From Monocercomonoides exilis PA203 (Eukaryota; Protista; Preaxostyla), in the NCBI GenBank assembly GCA_001643675.2, contig LSRY02000027.1:992001-1056000 (forward strand): 64,000 nt of DNA. The letters run 5' to 3'. This document shows positions 12,100-22,845 of the stretch, in pieces; the stretch's first letter is position 1, and every line of letters begins with the position of its first letter. The notes beneath the pieces were generated by a model, which was not told the origin of the DNA, searched no databases, and saw only the letters and a list, made by a program, of their open reading frames with translations. The position numbers were made by a program, and so were the translations under genes.

Positions 12100-15000
12100 T
12101 CATTATTCGGTTCTTTTCTGACTTTTTTATTTTTTATTTGATCATCGAATAATTTTGTATCTTAAACAAAAATGTGCTTCTATTGATGTTCGTGGAGATA
12201 TCTTCCACCAAGAAATTCAATATCTCTGAAGCGCACAGCTGAATTCGCAGGTTAATGCAGCTTTCTCCTTCGTAGCTTTCTCCATTATGTGAATATATTC
12301 AATTTTTATTTATTGATATCTTTCTCGAAGCTACTCAAATTTCTTCTTCATTGCATTCTTCTCCGCTCTCCACCATTACTGGTCTGTTGATTTCTTTGTC
12401 GTTCCCATTCAAATGCCTTCGGATGCTTCGATATTATATCATATACTATCTCCTTGTATTTTCTAGCTTCTTCTTTTGCACTTCTCCATCAAATAGTTGC
12501 AATGATAAATGCAATCAGAACAATTAATAATGTCACAACGAATTAAATGATTTCAATTAATGCCAAAGATAATTTTCCTTCTTTTCCTCCTTCAACAATT
12601 CTTTCATCTCCTTTTGATTGATGCTTTCATCTGTTTTTCAGAATGAATGAATCAGTTGAGGCTAGAAATTCAGTCCTTCCAAATAAGATCTTTACTGACA
12701 CTTCTGTTGCCTCAAACGCAGTTGTAACAATTGAGGCTGGAATAGCTGTGTGAAACTCTGTTTCACCTGCAAACTCCTCTGACTGCAGCGGATACGACTG
12801 GAGATTGTGAACCGAACCATCGAATTAGTCAACCTGGAGAGCCAAGCCACAGGGCAGGAGCAAGGATCCAGTAAGATCAATGGCAAGGGTACTGCCTTGC
12901 AGGCGAGACTTCACTGAAGCCAGCTGTGGAATGAAAAGCACTGATTCTCTTTCTCAGGCCAAGCCGACGAGGGCACAATTGTTGTTTGCAATTTACATGA
13001 AAGTGTTCGGAAGAAAGCCATCACTTCCTTTCGGGCTTTGAATGTCCAGCAGCACATAGCCAGAGCATGCGATGCTACTCCTTACGGATAGATGGCCAGC
13101 TTCGTTCGGGCTGTTATTAGCAAACAATATAAATAGCGTGGAGATGCTTCCACCAGAGATCGACAGTCATCTCTTGGACAAATTGGTTATTGTGGTGTCT
13201 TTAATTGCTACCGAGCAATTGAGAAGATCAACCATCGATCCGCCCCACTGGTACAGCTCTTTTGATCGCTTGTCGTTCGTTCTCAGATCTGGCGCGCTTG
13301 ATGCTCCGTCAAATACGCACACGAAGACACGTGAGTATATTTCAAATCAACAAACACTGAAATGCAACCTTTTTCAGTGTGCGAAGCACACTTCTTGTCT
13401 GAGCAGTTCTCCAATTCCAGCAACAAGGACGAAGTTAAAGATGCAAAACAGCACAGGATAAGCGAATCTCGGGCAACATTTTGATATGATGACTGCTTCA
13501 GCCGGAATGTTGAAGCATTTGATGCCACGCTCACTGCACACCCATCACCAAGTGCTGTATTTGAAATAGCCAAGAAATTCATCTCAACATCCGAATCTTG
13601 GCATTCAACAGAAACCAACGATTCACTTGAAATGCGAGTATCAACAAATTCCAAATGAATGCCCTGGATGTTTGAATGCCCTCCCGAACCGTCTGATGAT
13701 AACACAATCATGTTTGACCGCTCCGAGTGCCTCTTGTCTGAATGTTCTGGAGCTGACAGTCTTTGCAGTTGTGAAGAATGTGGCCTGATCACTGAGAGCT
13801 GCAATTGAATGTATGCAACTGCAATATGGACAGCTTTGCTAGATTGCGGAAGTCCAACAACACACCAGAGTTCACATCAGTGAAATTCAGAAATGCACAC
13901 GAGAAATATTGCCCACGACTTGCTGCCAGACATGAAGAACTGAGACAGAGGACAGCAAAAGTGCAGCCAGACATCGTCAATCTTCCACCGCTCATTTCAA
14001 CAATCGAGCAATTCAGTTCAATTTAAGAGTTTCCATCAGAAGCTTCTTGAGTAAATATTGTGCTTGCAATTAGCAGGTCTCCGTCAGCAAGAGACAAAAA
14101 CCTCAAATGTGGAGAAGATAAAGCATTCCCAAACAGAATCGTCAGAAGCTCCACTTTCTCTCTGGATGCACACGTGAGAAGGCTATTCATCCTGCTCTCA
14201 ATGCTCCTGTTCAGGAGGACTGTCCCTCTGTCTCTTTCCTGCTCCAGCGACTTGATCCAGACATCATGGATGCTTGCTTCTCCAGAGACCAGAGAAATCT
14301 CGTCAACGAGCAAGTTGCTGTAAACAGAAGGAAGGATGTGAGACAATGCAATATTCAAGGAAGAGCAGGGCACAATGTTAGCTCCGCACTGGAGTGAATC
14401 TGAGGTGTTGTCGGCTGAAGAAGAGGCAAATATTGTCTCACTCTGATACACAATCACGAGGAGCAAGATCTCTTGCTCGTCAGCATAGTTTTGTGCAGTG
14501 CATCCCCAAATGGCGAGCTCCTGGTTGTATGGTGGCCTGAAGTCGAGCTGGAAGAGCTCGCTCCTTCTTTGGGATTCCACATTGGAGCATCTCACACATA
14601 TGTCTCTTCCTCTGAAAGCCTTGTTCTCCAAGAATGTGATATTTTTGAAGAGGAAAGGCATCGCGCTATCGCCTGTAATTGATGAGCAATCCAGAAATAT
14701 TTCGCCTCATCTTCCAGTCGCAGAGCAGAAGCACTCCGAGATTGTGGATAAAGTGCAGTGATACAATGCTTCTTCATTTAACCTCATGGTCATGCATCCT
14801 CCGCTCTCACTTTGGCTGCTTCCACAGTTCTTTATGGACGTGTTTTGGGCAGACACGCTAAAAGGCTGGCTGCCAGAGGAGCTGATGATGGAGGGTTCAG
14901 AAGGAGTGCTTTGAAGAAGAAAATGGAGTGTGCAACATTTCAGCTGAACCGTAAGACTGCCGCCTTCATTCAATTCCTGTGGATCATCTTGAGATTTTCC

Positions 15001-15270
15001 ATTTTTCAGCACTGCCACAATTCCTTTGACCATCAGCTCCATATCGTTCATCAAGACATTCGTCAAGTTAACGCTACTTCCTTACGATGCATTGAGTATG
15101 AAATCTCTGGCTTTGATGGATTTGAATAAGCGGTTCGATAATTTGCACGTTCCAGACAGACAGGAGACGATGCAACAAGGAATGTCTTCTCGAGAAGCGC
15201 AGGCAAATAGCAAGAGAAAGACGATTGAATTTCGTTCATTATTCAATGAAATAATGAAGATTCGTTTATT
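12100..15270 (-). pseudogene. Decayed, 5'-truncated fragment of the giant surface receptor/pseudokinase family
   Basis: ORF pieces at 14707-15066, 14023-14661, 13789-13995, 13283-13804 and 12692-12886 are separated by stops and frameshifts. SQKGDERIVEGGKEGK plus a TM remnant (~12620-12490) matches SKGDERLVEGGKEGK-TM of the 41058-50078 gene. No kinase part is present. Confidence 0.8.
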
Positions 15271-15766
15271 TGTTTTTTTATTTTTATTATTAAAAATCTT
15301 ACACAGTTATTAGGTTATGATTTTTTTCCAGTTTTCAAATGTTATAGGCTCAAGAAGAGCTGAAATAAAGTTGTTTGCGCATATATTGACACAATCCAAT
15401 TCATTATTCAGAATTATTTCAATTTTCTGATTATGCACAAATAAAAAATTACTTTTCATTTCATAATTCATGAAATTCTTCTTTTTACCATTTTTTTTAC
15501 ATTGCAAAAACATGCGGATAACCTTGTTTGAAGGTCAAATAATCGATGAATATGTTGAAGATGTATTTTGAATCATGTATTGGTGAAATAGAATTTTGAC
15601 AGTTTTTCTGATTTTTTGATCCTTTTGATCCTTGAAGGAATTTGTTGAAAACAACAAAAATCATTCACAAAACAACATTAACAATATACAAATGATATTT
15701 GTTTGTTTTTGCAATCAATTTTTTATACATTTAAAATACTTGTTTTTTAAATTAATTTTCGTAACT

Positions 15767-15882
15767 CAAATAAACTCAGTCTATCTTAAATGAACTCAGT
15801 TTATTCAAATAAACCCGATCTATTCGAATAAACACGAGTTCATTTGAATAAACCTAGTTTATTTGAATGAAAAAAATCTATT
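15767..15882. repeat. Tandem array of ~6 imperfect 19-20-bp palindromic units (AATAAAC-N3/4-GTTTATT), subterminal repeat of the 11772-15895 element
   Basis: Units: caaataaactcagtctatct / taaatgaactcagtttatt / caaataaacccgatctatt / cgaataaacacgagttcatt / tgaataaacctagtttatt / tgaatgaaaaaaatctatt. A degenerate mirror copy lies at ~11800-11910. Confidence 0.8.
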
Positions 15883-15973
15883 CAAAATTCATCTAATGAA
15901 TGGTGAATAGCATTCTTTAAATTCAATTAATATAATTCGCTGCTTATTGATTTGTTGAGAAACACTTTGCAAA

Positions 15974-16549
15974 TCAATCCCTTTTCACTTGCAAGCAAAC
16001 ACCTGTACCAGCTAAAGAACAGTAGCCATCGGGATTTTTGAAAAGATATTGCTGATGTTCTTTGTGCGCAAAGAAAAATGGCTGAGCTGGTAATATTTCT
16101 GTTGTTATCAACCTCTCGCAATGATCATCTTTCAATGCTTTTTGATAAATTTCACGGGTTTCAAGCGCAAGTTTTTGCTGCTCTGGAGTTGTGTAAAAAA
16201 TGACTGATCTGTACTGTGATCCAATGTCTGCATGTTGCCTCATTCCTTGAGTTGGATCATGATTTTCCCAAAATAATTTGAGCAATGACGAATAACTGAT
16301 AACCTCAGGATCATAAACAATGCGAACAGTTTCTGCGTGCTGCGTTTTTCCTGTACAGACTTCTTTATATGTTGGATTTTTGGTAATTCCTCCGCAAAAG
16401 CCCACAGCCGTGCTGAAAACTCCTTCTTTCTTCCAGAATAAAGATTCTGCTCCCCAATAGCACCCCATCGCGAAATACGCTTCGCTCATCCCGTGTGGAA
16501 CCTCTGCAATAGCGTGTCCATTTACAGCATGAATAAATGGATCTTGCAT
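15974..16549 (-). CDS. msrA: Peptide methionine sulfoxide reductase A, intronless
   Basis: GCYWG catalytic motif, [36 protein letters not shown] and [18 protein letters not shown]; the first ATG is at 16549. Confidence 0.95.
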   Translation of the reverse strand: MQDPFIHAVNGHAIAEVPHGMSEAYFAMGCYWGAESLFWKKEGVFSTAVGFCGGITKNPTYKEVCTGKTQHAETVRIVYDPEVISYSSLLKLFWENHDPTQGMRQHADIGSQYRSVIFYTTPEQQKLALETREIYQKALKDDHCERLITTEILPAQPFFFAHKEHQQYLFKNPDGYCSLAGTGVCLQVKRD

Positions 16550-16895
16550 TGAAAAAGCAATCAATCTTTAGTATTTTTCAGAAATTTTAATTATGTAATG
16601 TTAACTATTGCATGCATGATTCTATTTTATCAAATAAATTTAAAATACTGATTGCTATGCTGCTAATGCGGATATGAAGAAAGACTTTTCGAAAGTGATA
16701 TTTTCAAATAATGAGTATGGGCACTGAAAAGCATTCGCTGAAGATGTGATGTCGACAATGAAAAAGTGAAATTCAATTGAAATAAAATTTATAATTTTAA
16801 GAATGGTTGTTTATTCAAAAAAAAAGTGTGTTTATTTTACTGAAAGAATTGGTTCAGATTTTGACTGGATTATTCCAAATATTTGATTGAAATCA

Positions 16896-17733
16896 GGGCA
16901 AGTCACAACTTTAAGTAACATTCAGAAACTCGTTTTTTTTCGGATTTTTTGTGATAGAATGATTTAATATTAAAAAATAAAACATGCTAGGGGTGAATTT
17001 TCCATTTTTAGAATACTTTTTTTTCGATGAAAAAAATTAAATTTTCGAAAATATTATGGTTATGATCAAACAAATTATTAATAATTTAAATAAAAATCAA
17101 CTTTTTTAAAGAATTATTTTCATAAATTTTATATAATTCTTAGCTTTCTTTTTTTATTATATAAAAAGAAAATAACATAAGTTCTCAATTTATTTTTATA
17201 TGAATTTTTTTCTCATTTCATCTTGCGCAATTATTAAAACACACGTTTTTTGTGTGTGAAAAAGTGATTTATAGATTAAAACCCTAACCCTATAATAAAA
17301 ATATGAACAAAAATAAAACGCAAACCTTAAAACCTAATATTTCGATTCGAAGGAAAACCCTAAAGCAGAACGAAATCCAAGAAGTTCATTTTCACTACCT
17401 TTTTTTCCTTACAAACTAACAAAACATTCAAATATGAACTTCAAACATCTTTAATTCACTTCATTTAAATGGAAAGATTTTTTCAAACAAATCAATTTGT
17501 ACCAAACTATGTAATTTCTAAAAATCGTTCAGTTTTCAAATTTAAATTATTAGAAATTTGTTTGATCAAAACCATAATATTTTCGAAAATTTGATTTTTT
17601 TCCTTGAAAAAAAGTATTCTAAAAATGGAAAATTCACCCCTAGCATGTTTTATTTTTTAATATTAAATCATTCTATCACAAAAAATCCGAAAAAAAACGA
17701 GTTTCTGAATGTTACTCAAAGTTGTGATTAACC
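16896..17733. mobile_element. Non-autonomous long-TIR element (~840 bp, ~180-bp TIRs)
   Basis: 16896-~17076 is the near-perfect reverse complement of ~17555-17733 (TCACAACTTT(A/G)AGTAACATTCAGAAACTCG...CATGCTAGGGGTGAATTTTCC...). No coding capacity seen. Confidence 0.85.
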
Positions 17734-17851
17734 TAATAGATATCTCTTTTTAGGGCTTTCTCTTTCTCTTCAAAAGTTCAGCGAAATTTCAGAAAAGGAT
17801 GTGAAAGCTGTGGGAATGAGCTCAAATTTGAAAATATAAGAGAAAAGAACA

Positions 17852-19579
17852 GGGTGAGTTATTTATCGTACCCCTTTTTATATCGGGACCTATTTTTTGA
17901 CTCTCCAGAGCACTTTAAAAAAAAAATAAAATAACAGGAAACCTTCTTAATGCTTTTATTTATAATTCCTGAAAATATTTTAATATTTTTAATTTTTGTG
18001 AAAAACTCTGGTATTTTTTGTTTTATTTTTAATGTCAAAGACTTGCTCATATTTTCAAGAGTTATTTGTTTAAAGTGTTCTGAGTCGTGTCATTGTTAAT
18101 AAACTTCACATTTTTATGTTTTGTTATTTCATATTTAAAACACTTCCTTTTTTTTATTATTTTTTGCATTTCACAAAATATCAATAAAAAAAGATAAAAT
18201 AGGAAAGTCGATGATTGCCGTGCAGGGGAAAATTCGGACTTTCAAGCTTTTTTTGCACAAAGCACAAAATAATTGCTTCACTCATAACTTTATTTGACTT
18301 TCTCAGATTTTGAAAAAATTTCGGTTTTAATATCCGTAAACAGGCATCGTTGAAATCAATCCAAAAAACATTGTGTCATTTCACGAATTTCAAAAAATGG
18401 GCTCATTTTCATTGTGTTTTTTGTTCTCAAAAAGTTAACGAAAAGTGCATAATTTTTCAAAGAAAATGCTTGTATCAAAATACTTTGCCAAATATTATTA
18501 TATTTTCTAATAAAAAACAACGATGATTTCTTATTGCAACGAAACTGCGAAGACCACTTGTTCCACATATTTTATTTCCCCGAACATTTGAGCATAAATA
18601 TTGTATATGATTTTCTTTTGTTGGAGAGCCATCAGTGTTTGAAGAAAAAAATGAAATCCATATTTGATTATTGATGAACTTTAAAGATATTCCTGTCAAA
18701 TATTCATAGTTTTTCTTTGGGTGCTTGTAAACTTTTTAAAAAAATAATCAAAGCAAAAAAACATGAAAAAATTTAGTAACATCACACTTGCTCCTTTTTC
18801 GTATGATCCCATTTGCTCCAGTTTTAGAAAACAGCATCCGTGTTTGTTCAATTCTTCCAATATTCTTGCAAAAGCCAGTTTCTGATAAAGCAACACAAAA
18901 AATCATGCTTCAATTATCAAAACAAATGAAGCAAGAAATAAAACGCACAAACTATTTGATTATCCACTAAGGCATTCTGTAATTCACTTAAAAGATTTTC
19001 ACATTCAAGCATGTTTGGTGTCTACATAATAATTTGTCAAAGTCAAAAAAAGATCGACCAGTCTGTGACTTGGGCAATTACCAAAAAACTTATCCGGTCA
19101 AAACACATATACGGATGCTTTTTTACAAAAATTAAAATTATTGATCATGATATATTCAATAAGAATTCTTTATCTTTTTATCTTGATTTTTTTTTTTCAT
19201 TTTGAAATAATAAAGTGCATGAAAAATGAACTGTTAAACTGATGAATTATTTAAATAGAATAAAACTGTATTTTGACTTCAATCATTTTCAAAGTTAGTC
19301 AATAGCATATTTTCTTAAGTCAAAAGTCTGAAGTCACCCAGGCTTTCTCAGAACACTTTAAACAAATAACTCTTGAAAATATGAGCAAGTCTTTGACATT
19401 AAAAATAAAACAAAAAATACCAGAGTTTTTCACAAAAATTAAAAATATTAAAATATTTTCAGGAATTATAAATAAAAGCATTAAGAAGGTTTCCTGTTAT
19501 TTTATTTTTTTTTTAAAGTGCTCTGGAGAGTCAAAAAATATGTCCCGATATAAAAAGGGGTGCGATAAATTGCTGACAC
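17852..19579. mobile_element. Non-autonomous long-TIR element (~230-bp TIRs at 17852-18084 and 19347-19579) with a probable nested insertion
   Basis: The mirror-image ORFs 17859-18050(-) and 19381-19584(+) come from the inverted arms. Termini read GGGTGAGTTATTT and GTGTCAGCAATTT. Confidence 0.85.
18225..19340 (+). mobile_element. Probable nested element of a second family (GGGGAAAATTCGGACTTTC end)
   Basis: The first ~300 bp are clearly homologous to the reverse complement of 55200-55502. There is a weak inverted match (AAAAGTCTGAAGTCACCCA) at 19322-19340. Confidence 0.5.
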
Positions 19580-19583
19580 AATA

Positions 19584-20418
19584 GGGTCAACTATTTGATG
19601 GGACTTTTTCCCTTATTGGCACTTTTTTGTTTTTGACTGCCAACTTTCAACAAACGTTGATTGGCTTTTTTAACTTTTATACAATGTTCTAACAACTTTT
19701 TAACAATTCATTACTAGTTTGTTTTATTATTTTTGTTTGTTTCTCACTGAGTTATAGCGTTTTTTTATATTTTTAAAAGTCACTTTTCACAATGAACCAA
19801 GCTTTACCAAAAAATGTGAAATACAGTTTCATAAACTGTAAACATTTATCTATTTGTATTTTAAATTTCAATTTCCACATGTGTAATTTTTTTTGAAAAG
19901 TCGCAAATGTTTAATTTTCAAATATATCAAAAATTTCATATTTTGCTCAAATTACTGTTTCAGTTCACAAATCTCCTCAAGAATGTTTGAAATGGCATTT
20001 TCAAGAAATAGATTCCATTTAAGTGAAGTTTGATATTTGTTTACAAAATATTTAACAAAATATGAAAATTTTGATTTATTTGAAAATTAAACATTTGCGA
20101 CTTTTCAAAAAAAATTACACATTGTGGAAATTGAAATTTAAAATACAAATAGATAAATGTTTACAGTTTATGAAACTGTATTTCACATTTTTTGGTAAAG
20201 CTTGGTTCATTGTGAAAAGTGACTTTTAAAAATATAAAAAAACGCTATAACTCAGTGAGAAACAAACAAAAATAATAAAACAAACTAGTAATGAATTGTT
20301 AAAAAGTTGTTAGAACATTGTATAAAAGTTAAAAAAGCCAATCAACGTTTGTTGAAAGTTGGCAGTCAAAAACAAAAAAGTGCCAATAAGGGAAAAAGTC
20401 CCATCAAATAGTTGACCC
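19584..20418. mobile_element. Foldback element, 835 bp, ~362-bp near-perfect inverted arms and ~110-bp spacer
   Basis: Arms 19584-19945 and 20056-20418; termini GGGTCAACTATTTGATGGG...CCCATCAAATAGTTGACCC; flanked by TA on both sides. Confidence 0.92.
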
Positions 20419-20599
20419 TATCAATAATGCCTGTTTGTTGAATTTTTTATTAAGTTTATATTGAAATGCAAGAAAGTTCTATTAAGTTATGAAGTTAGCA
20501 ATATTTTTTATGATTAATGCTTAAAAGACTCGAAAATTAAAATTTAAACACAATTTAAGGGAATCGTTTTCATCTGATTTCTTTTTGCAAAAGGAATTT

Positions 20600-22700
20600 T
20601 TTGAAGCACAGTTACACAAGAAGGCAAAGTGATTACTGCAGTTCCATATGTTTGATGATGTTATTTAGATATTTTTATTCAGAATATTGTTTTGTTGAAC
20701 GCAATGAACATTTCAATATCAAAAACAAAACAAAAACAGTGTTTTTGTTTGAAGACCGAAAATATATGAGATTTAATCAATTATCATCCAACTTCTTAAC
20801 AATCCATTATCACCCATCAAAATCATTTGAAAGGAAAAAAAAAATTCAATAGTTGATGAAACGACAAAAGAATCCAATATAAATTCAAGAATAAGTGAAT
20901 TGGAAGTGAACATTGACCAGGATGTCTGAGAAAAGCACCAGGTGCACAACTGCTTCTTGAGGGAGATTATTTCTAACAACTCGTCTTCCATCAATCTCTT
21001 TTACAGTCTCCATGGAAATAACAACCTACAAAACATGTATCTTTATGAAAAAAAATAACTTCTCATATTTTACATCAATAATAATTCAATTATTTCAATC
21101 AGAAAAAAAAAAATCCATTTTCAATTGTATTCCATTTCTTGTATTCTTATGAATCGAATGACATGTGAAAAAACAAAAGAAACAACAAATCATCACATTT
21201 TTAATCTACAAGTCATGCTTCAAAACATCTTTCACAATTGCTGTGCATTCATCGTGCTCAATTTCTTCAAACACAAAATTCTCTCAATCAAAAACTTATC
21301 ACTTGCCCTTCCATCAAAACAGAATGAGCATTCTTTCAATCTTTTTGGTACTGAAAAAAAGAACAGAAACCCAGAAAAGCTGCAATTCGAATGGCATTTC
21401 ACAACAATAGTCGGCTTCCTGCAAAACGAGTGATGTAATCTGGCTTCCCCAAGCAGCTCCACAACATTCAACAGCCCCCGAGCCATCCATTCAGCAAACT
21501 GCTTAAATTCAACTTCATCAAAACTGTCAATGGAAAAAGAAGTTCCAAGTATTCCACAAGCTTTTTGCATTTATGATATTCATTCCACCTTTCCCCCTTT
21601 CCACTCCACTCATATTGGTTGCTCTTCCAACTCTCTTGTGTCCAACTGTCAGTCAAGCTGTGCCGAATACAGATGCTCTTGAAGGATTTTCATTGTTTTT
21701 GCAACCTTCTTTATTCCACTTCTTTTACCTCAATCCTGATTAAAATAAAGAAAAATTTTCAAATTAAAAATTCAAAAAAGATAATAAGTTCATACTGTGA
21801 TTCCTTCTGTTTCTCTTAAGCACAGAAAAGATATTTCGGTTTCCTTTTGCCTTTCCTCATTCTCCTCTTTCTTCCAAGAAACTTTCAAACACCAAAACAC
21901 AAAAAAATATCAGTCCTTCTGCTGATACAATGTGCGAATTTGCATCTGATAATGAACAGAATACCTATTGTTCAATCAACCAACAAAGTGCCTTTTCAGC
22001 CATTCCTTCTTCTTTCAAAAGGCTTTTTCAAGCCAATCTTCTTCCCAAACTTGCCTCAATAAGAGCTCAAACAAAACAATTTCTTTCAGCATCTCAGCAA
22101 AAAAATGCTCCTGCAGCAACAGTACTATTAAAGGTACTTTTCCAATGAACTGCAACTTCTTTCAGCAGCAGCCACAGAAATACCACAAACAACTGAGAAA
22201 AATCCATTCAATCCGTTTTCTTCCATTCCACCTGCGATTTCCACCTATCTTCTGCTCCAGATCTTCCACTCCCCCAAATGGCTACATAAACAAAAGCATA
22301 AACTTCAACAATGTCCTCTGAAAAACAAAATAATTCTAAAAATATTCCAAACCCAAACAACCCAAAACACACCTTCTGAAAACTCCCGTCCACGAAACAA
22401 CACATCCCTCAAGCTCCACTGGTACGAATAAGCAGACGTATCCCAAAACATTCCGCACAATAATCATCAAAAAAGATGGCACAAAAATATCGATTTTTCA
22501 TCTGTTCCTTCGTGAGCATTGCATGTCTCAAAAAAATCTCCCTCTTCCCATCAGCAATAAAATACAGTCCGTTTGCACGTCTACAAGAAATTAGCTTGCA
22601 CACATGCAGCATCAGTCTCCCAGCCGATAAAACATTTCTGGCAAATCTTTTTTATGGAACATAATTATTCCGATTTTTCCTTTTCTCCTCCAACCATTGC
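20600..22700 (-). pseudogene. Decayed intron-containing gene of unknown family
   Basis: Coding-like minus-strand fragments (e.g. MDFSQLFVVFLWLLLKEVAVHWK..., DSWTQESWKSNQYEW) are broken by stops and frameshifts, with GT..AG intron remnants. Confidence 0.35.
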
Positions 22701-22845
22701 ATATGCATTATTTTAGTATTTGCGGTTAAAAATTGTATTCACAAAGATTCTGTAATCTTTGAACAACCTTTATATGTTCCTTGAATTATACATTGTATAC
22801 GTGAATTGATCATATTTTGTTAAAAAGACTGATAAATCGGTTTTA

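Larger units (their letters stand above)
11772..15895. mobile_element. Non-autonomous TIR element (~4.1 kb) enclosing a host-gene fragment (Pack-like)
   Basis: Left end TAGATGAATTGTGAATTGATTTTTTTCATTTGAATAAAT... matches the reverse complement of the right end TAGATGAATTTTGAATAGATTTTTTTCATTCAAATAAAC... over ~100 bp. Both ends contain 19-20-bp palindromic subrepeats. No transposase seen inside. Confidence 0.7.

Noticed and set aside
15767-15882. CRISPR-like array
   Set aside because: Units are contiguous with no unique spacers, there are no cas genes, the context is eukaryotic, and a TIR subrepeat explains it.
15896-16895. msrA carried inside a composite transposon
   Set aside because: The flanking elements belong to different families and each has its own paired ends; msrA lies outside both.
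11764-20428. Firm hAT, MULE or Academ assignment of the TIR elements
   Set aside because: I compared flanks for 3-4-bp and 8-10-bp duplications and found none that match.
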